Below, piece by piece: positions 59,813-64,000 of a stretch of 64,000 nucleotides of DNA. Each line of letters opens with the position of its first letter. The stretch's first letter is position 1. The stretch comes from an uncultured Solirubrobacterales bacterium (GTDB lineage: Bacteria; Actinomycetota; Thermoleophilia; Solirubrobacterales; Solirubrobacteraceae): NCBI GenBank assembly GCA_963842205.1, contig CAWJFR010000005.1:122932-186931 (forward strand), given 5' to 3'. The position numbers and the translations under genes are program-made. The notes beneath the pieces were generated by a model. The model was not told the origin of the DNA, did no database searches, and saw only the letters and a program-made list of their open reading frames with translations.

Positions 59813-62800
59813 ATGGCCCCTGATCGACATCCTCTGATCCCACACCGCGCGGTCGACGCTCACCAAGAGCTGCCGGAGCTCGAGCTCCAGATCTTGGAGC
59901 GCTGGCGCGAGCGGGATGTGTTCGCGGAGTCGCTGCGCCTGCGCGAGGACGCGAAGCAGTGGGTTTTCTACGAGGGGCCTCCTACCGCCAACGGCCCGCC
60001 CGGCTCCCACCACGTGCTCTCGCGGGTCTTCAAGGACATCTACCCGCGCTTTCAAACGATGCGCGGCTATCGCGTGGAGCGTAAGGGCGGCTGGGACTGC
60101 CACGGGCTGCCGGTCGAGATCGCGGTCGAACAGGAGCTGGGCATCCATCACAAGGCGGAGATTGAGGAGTACGGGATCGCCGAGTTCAACGCCAAGTGCC
60201 GCGAGTCGGTCTTCACGTACCTCGCGGAGTGGAATCGGCTGACGGAGCGGATCGGCTTCTGGCTCGACCTTGAGCACGCCTATCGCACGCTCGATGAGAG
60301 CTACATCGAGTCGGTGTGGTGGGCGCTCGCGCAGATCGACCGGCGCGGTCTGCTCTATGAGGGCAACAAGGTCGTACCGTACTGCCCGCGCTGTGAGACG
60401 ACGCTCTCCTCACACGAGGTCGCGCTCGGCTACCGCGACGTGGTCGACCCGAGCGTCTACCTGAAGCTGCCGGTAACAGGAGCCCACCCATCCGGCGAGG
60501 AGAAGCTACTCGTGTGGACGACGACGCCGTGGACGCTGCCGGGCAACGTCGCGGTTGCGGTCTCCCCCACGGCGCAGTACGCGCTCGTCAGCTCCGGCGG
60601 GGAACGCTACCTGCTGGCCGAGGCGCGCGTGGCGGCGGTGCTGGGCGATGACGCGAACGTATTGGAGCGGATGACAGGCGCCGAGTTGGCCGAGCGCTAC
60701 AGCGCCTACGAGAGCCCGATCTTTGCGATGACCGACCGTGCGCCTGGCGGAGCGCCGATCCTCACCGATGACTTTGTGACGACTGAGGACGGCACGGGCA
60801 TCGTGCATCTCGCGCCGGCCTTCGGCGAGGATGACTACCGCGCCGCCGCGGCCTCTGAGCGAGTTCCGTTCGATCCGACGATCGCTGGCAGCCTCTACAA
60901 CCCTGTGCGCCCTGACGGGACGTTCGACGCGCGCGTGCGCAACCACGCGGGCAAGTCCTACGAGGGTCGTGGCGTCAAGGACGCCGACGTGACGGAGGAG
61001 CTGATCGAGGACCTGCGCGAGCGCGGGCTGCTGCTGAAGGTTCAGGACTACGAGCACTCCTACCCGCACTGCTGGCGCTCGGGCAACGCGCTGATCTACT
61101 ACGCGAAACCCTCGTGGTACATCGCGACCTCGAAGCTGCGCGAGGAGCTGCTGGCGGCGAACGAGACGGTGAACTGGCATCCGCCGGGCGTCAAGCGGGG
61201 ACGCTTCGGCGACTGGCTGAAGAACAATGTCGACTGGGCGCTTTCCCGCGAGCGCTACTGGGGCACGCCGCTGCCGGTGTGGCGCTGTGGGAGCGGACAC
61301 ATCCATGTGATCGGCTCCTACGCCGAGCTCGCCGAGCGCTCGGGGCGCGAGCTCGAGGATCACCACCGACCCTACGTCGACGAGATCTCCTTCCCGTGCC
61401 CACACGAGGGATGCGATCAGGAGATGTGGCGTGTTCCCGAGGTGATCGACGTGTGGTTTGACTCGGGCTCGATGCCGTTCGCCCAGCACCATCACCCGTT
61501 CGCCAAGGACGGCGGTTTCGAGAGCTCTTTCCCGGCGGACTTCATCTGCGAGGCTCAAGATCAGACGCGCGGCTGGTTCTACTCGCTGCTCGCTGTGGCA
61601 ACGCTACTGAGCAAGCAGGCGCCTTTCGACGGGCAGGCGCCGTATCGCAACGTGGTGTGTCTGGGCCTGATCCTCGACGAGGAGGGCCAGAAGATGTCCA
61701 AGTCCAAAGGCAACGCGGTCGAGCCGTGGCAGGTGCTCGACACCTACGGGGCAGATGCTTTCAGGTGGTACTTCTTCACCTCAAAGCAGCCGTGGGACGG
61801 CTATCGCTTCTCCGAGGAGACGATCGGCGAGGGCGTACGGCTGTTTCTCAAGCAGCTGTGGAGCACCTACTTCTTCTACACCCTCTATGCGCAGGCCAAC
61901 GCGACTGTGCTCACCGGCGCGCCGGAGCAGACGGGAGCGGCGGGGTCGGGAGCGACTGACGATCTCGACCGCTGGGCGCTGTCGCGTACCGCGGGCACGG
62001 CCCAGTTCGTGGCCGAGCGGCTGGACGCCTATGACGCCACTTCCGCCGGACGAGCGATCGCGGGCTTGGTGGACGAGCTGTCGAACTGGTACGTCCGCCG
62101 CTCGCGACGGCGCTTCTGGGACGGTGACCCCGCCGCGTTCGGAACATTACGTACCTGCCTGCTGACTGTGGCAAAGCTGCTGGCCCCGTTCTGCCCGTTC
62201 ATCGCCGATGAGATCTACGACAACCTCGACGGCACGCTCGAGAGCGTGCACCTGTGCGACTTCCCCGTGGCCGACGCGCTGCCTGCGCGCGACGAGGGCC
62301 TGGAGCAGGCGATGGCGCTCGCGCGTGAGACGGTGCGGCTCGGTCTGGGGGCGCGCGGCAAGGCCAAGATCAAGGTGCGCCAGCCGCTGGGTGAGGCGGT
62401 AGTGGTGGCCGACGAGCGCGAGCGCGCGGCGATCGAACGGCTGGCGGACATCGTCCGCGAGGAGCTGAACGTCAGGCGGATGCGCTTTGTCGCGGCCGCC
62501 GAGGAGTTGAGCGAGTACGAGGTGAAGGCCAACTACCGCACGCTCGGGCCGCTGTTTGGCAAGGACATGCCCCAAGCCGCCGAGGCGATCGCCGCGCTCG
62601 ACCCGGCGCGAGTCGCGGCGGCGGTGCGCGACGGCGGCGGCGGGATCGGGATCGCGGTCGCCGGACGCGAGCACACGCTGTCGAGCGAGGACGTGATCCT
62701 CACGATGAAGGCGCCCGAGGGCTACAGCGTCGAGCGCGAGGGCGCCCACGCGGTGGCCCTCGACCTCACGATCGACGACGACCTACGCGAGGAGGGGTAT

Positions 62801-63070
62801 GCGCGCGAGATCGTCCACGCTGTGCAGAACGCGCGCAAGAGCGCCGGCCTGGAGGTAGAGGACCGGATCGCCCTGCGCCTCACCGGCGACCCTGTGTTGG
62901 TCGCCGCCGCCGAGGCCCATCGCGACTACCTCGTCGGGGAGACGCTCGCGGTCGAGCTGGAGTTGGGAGACGGCGCCGGCGCGAACACCATCGCGATGGA
63001 CTACTCGGAGCAGACCGAGATCGACAGCCTCGCACTCGCGATCGCCCTGCGCCGCGTCAAACTCGGCTGA
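59813..63070 (+). CDS. ileS: Isoleucine--tRNA ligase, type 2 (IleRS2)
   Basis: EGPPTANG, GWDCHGLP, WTTTPWTL, WALSRERYWGTP, KMSKS, long type-2 C-terminus; signature GSHH. Confidence 0.96.
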   Translation: MAPDRHPLIPHRAVDAHQELPELELQILERWRERDVFAESLRLREDAKQWVFYEGPPTANGPPGSHHVLSRVFKDIYPRFQTMRGYRVERKGGWDCHGLPVEIAVEQELGIHHKAEIEEYGIAEFNAKCRESVFTYLAEWNRLTERIGFWLDLEHAYRTLDESYIESVWWALAQIDRRGLLYEGNKVVPYCPRCETTLSSHEVALGYRDVVDPSVYLKLPVTGAHPSGEEKLLVWTTTPWTLPGNVAVAVSPTAQYALVSSGGERYLLAEARVAAVLGDDANVLERMTGAELAERYSAYESPIFAMTDRAPGGAPILTDDFVTTEDGTGIVHLAPAFGEDDYRAAAASERVPFDPTIAGSLYNPVRPDGTFDARVRNHAGKSYEGRGVKDADVTEELIEDLRERGLLLKVQDYEHSYPHCWRSGNALIYYAKPSWYIATSKLREELLAANETVNWHPPGVKRGRFGDWLKNNVDWALSRERYWGTPLPVWRCGSGHIHVIGSYAELAERSGRELEDHHRPYVDEISFPCPHEGCDQEMWRVPEVIDVWFDSGSMPFAQHHHPFAKDGGFESSFPADFICEAQDQTRGWFYSLLAVATLLSKQAPFDGQAPYRNVVCLGLILDEEGQKMSKSKGNAVEPWQVLDTYGADAFRWYFFTSKQPWDGYRFSEETIGEGVRLFLKQLWSTYFFYTLYAQANATVLTGAPEQTGAAGSGATDDLDRWALSRTAGTAQFVAERLDAYDATSAGRAIAGLVDELSNWYVRRSRRRFWDGDPAAFGTLRTCLLTVAKLLAPFCPFIADEIYDNLDGTLESVHLCDFPVADALPARDEGLEQAMALARETVRLGLGARGKAKIKVRQPLGEAVVVADERERAAIERLADIVREELNVRRMRFVAAAEELSEYEVKANYRTLGPLFGKDMPQAAEAIAALDPARVAAAVRDGGGGIGIAVAGREHTLSSEDVILTMKAPEGYSVEREGAHAVALDLTIDDDLREEGYAREIVHAVQNARKSAGLEVEDRIALRLTGDPVLVAAAEAHRDYLVGETLAVELELGDGAGANTIAMDYSEQTEIDSLALAIALRRVKLG

Positions 63071-63079
63071 GGCTGCACC

Positions 63080-63412
63080 TCAAGCTGCGGTAAGGGCAGG
63101 CTCCAGCTCCGCCTCGAGCTTTTTCTTTGGATAGGCGCCGATAACCGTCTTGACCGGCTGGCCACCCTTGAACAGGATCATCGTCGGGATCGAGAGCACC
63201 TGGAAGTTGGCTGCCGTCTGCTGGTTCTCGTCGATGTTCAGCTTCACGATCCGCAGGTCCGGGCGCTCGGAGGCAATCTCCTCTAGTACCGGGGCCACCA
63301 CACGGCAGGGACCGCACCAGGGCGCCCAGAAGTCGACGAGCACGGGACCCTCCGACTCGATCACCTCGGCCTGGAAGTTGGTGTCTGTGACTTCGTTCAG
63401 AGTGCCTGCCAT
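63080..63412 (-). CDS. trxA: Thioredoxin
   Basis: VDFWAPWCGPC. Confidence 0.96.
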   Translation of the reverse strand: MAGTLNEVTDTNFQAEVIESEGPVLVDFWAPWCGPCRVVAPVLEEIASERPDLRIVKLNIDENQQTAANFQVLSIPTMILFKGGQPVKTVIGAYPKKKLEAELEPALTAA

Positions 63413-63493
63413 GGGGTCTCCTTGATCGCGTTCTTATCGACTCACTATACAAAGTGTAGTAGCCCATCCAAGACAGCAAACAGCGGTAGGCAC

Positions 63494-64000
63494 TCAGCGG
63501 ATCGTAACGATCCAACCATCAGAATTACGCACGATCGGCGGATGGATACCTGTCAGTGTCGTGAACAGATGCGGCGAGACGTAGACCTCGATCAAGGCTG
63601 CGATGACGAGCATAGGTACGGCCATCGCGACGGTCACAACCGTGGCGGCCAGCAGCTGCTCCCACTCCCCACGCCGGCTCGCGATGATCCACGCGGCCAG
63701 CGGCAGGAACAGCGCGATCAGCTCGAGGATCGCATGGGGAAGCACGCCCAACAGCAGCAGGCCGGGCGAAACTCGCAGGAAGCCAGACACGCCGGCGAGC
63801 GTGTGCCCCAACACGTAAGCCTGCGCGCTCAGTGAGAAGGTCGTGGCGGCAATTACGAAGCCAATCGCGATCCTCCCGCCGTGTTCGTGGACCCAGCGCG
63901 AAACGCCGTGGTGGTGTTTCGCCTGCAGTGGCAGCGAGCTGCCCGCGATGAACCCCGCGACGCAGGCCATCGCATGCAGTGCGAGCACAAGCATGTTGCG
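63494..64000 (-). CDS. Stage II sporulation protein M (DUF95)-like membrane protein, 5' partial
   Basis: LPHAILE motif, AALIEVYVSP, hydrophobic helices. Confidence 0.7.
   Translation of the reverse strand, partial: RNMLVLALHAMACVAGFIAGSSLPLQAKHHHGVSRWVHEHGGRIAIGFVIAATTFSLSAQAYVLGHTLAGVSGFLRVSPGLLLLGVLPHAILELIALFLPLAAWIIASRRGEWEQLLAATVVTVAMAVPMLVIAALIEVYVSPHLFTTLTGIHPPIVRNSDGWIVTIR

Overview
High-GC chromosomal segment, most likely from a Thermoleophilia/Solirubrobacterales-type actinobacterium (inferred from gene content and protein style, not from a search). No rRNA, tRNA, CRISPR array, integrase or transposase was recognised. Layout: (1) 1-18.6 kb is a cell-surface polysaccharide/glycosylation locus with nucleotide-sugar enzymes, two gmd-like genes, several GT2/GT4 enzymes, a priming transferase and an O-antigen-ligase/TPR protein next to a small membrane-anchored Ser/Thr/Pro-rich protein. 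(2) 18.7-35.4 kb holds propionyl-CoA/methylmalonyl-CoA to succinyl-CoA genes (MCM catalytic subunit, carboxyltransferase, an unannotated epsilon-like ORF, biotin carboxylase, sucCD), interrupted by a sulfate-assimilation operon. (3) 35.4-49.1 kb is mixed: a fused aminotransferase, DtxR-family regulator, LigC/PrimPol, a lactone oxidase/PLP/M28 trio, gpsA, an orphan BrnA/CopG-like gene with an AT-rich inverted repeat, and a DUF1998 helicase. (4) 49.1-56.5 kb is a module of three secreted clan GH-A-like proteins plus a GT2, a flippase-like protein and a GT-C. (5) The end carries fumC, an apparent pseudo-hydrolase, a CarH-like MerR, ileS with a GSHH signature, and trxA. Best leads: a 15-bp GAA-loop palindrome repeatedly embedded inside coding sequences, the GH/GT-C module with a shared promoter-like motif, and the candidate O-oligosaccharyltransferase/acceptor pair. 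All protein calls are by motif recognition only. At least two single-base frameshifts may be assembly errors.
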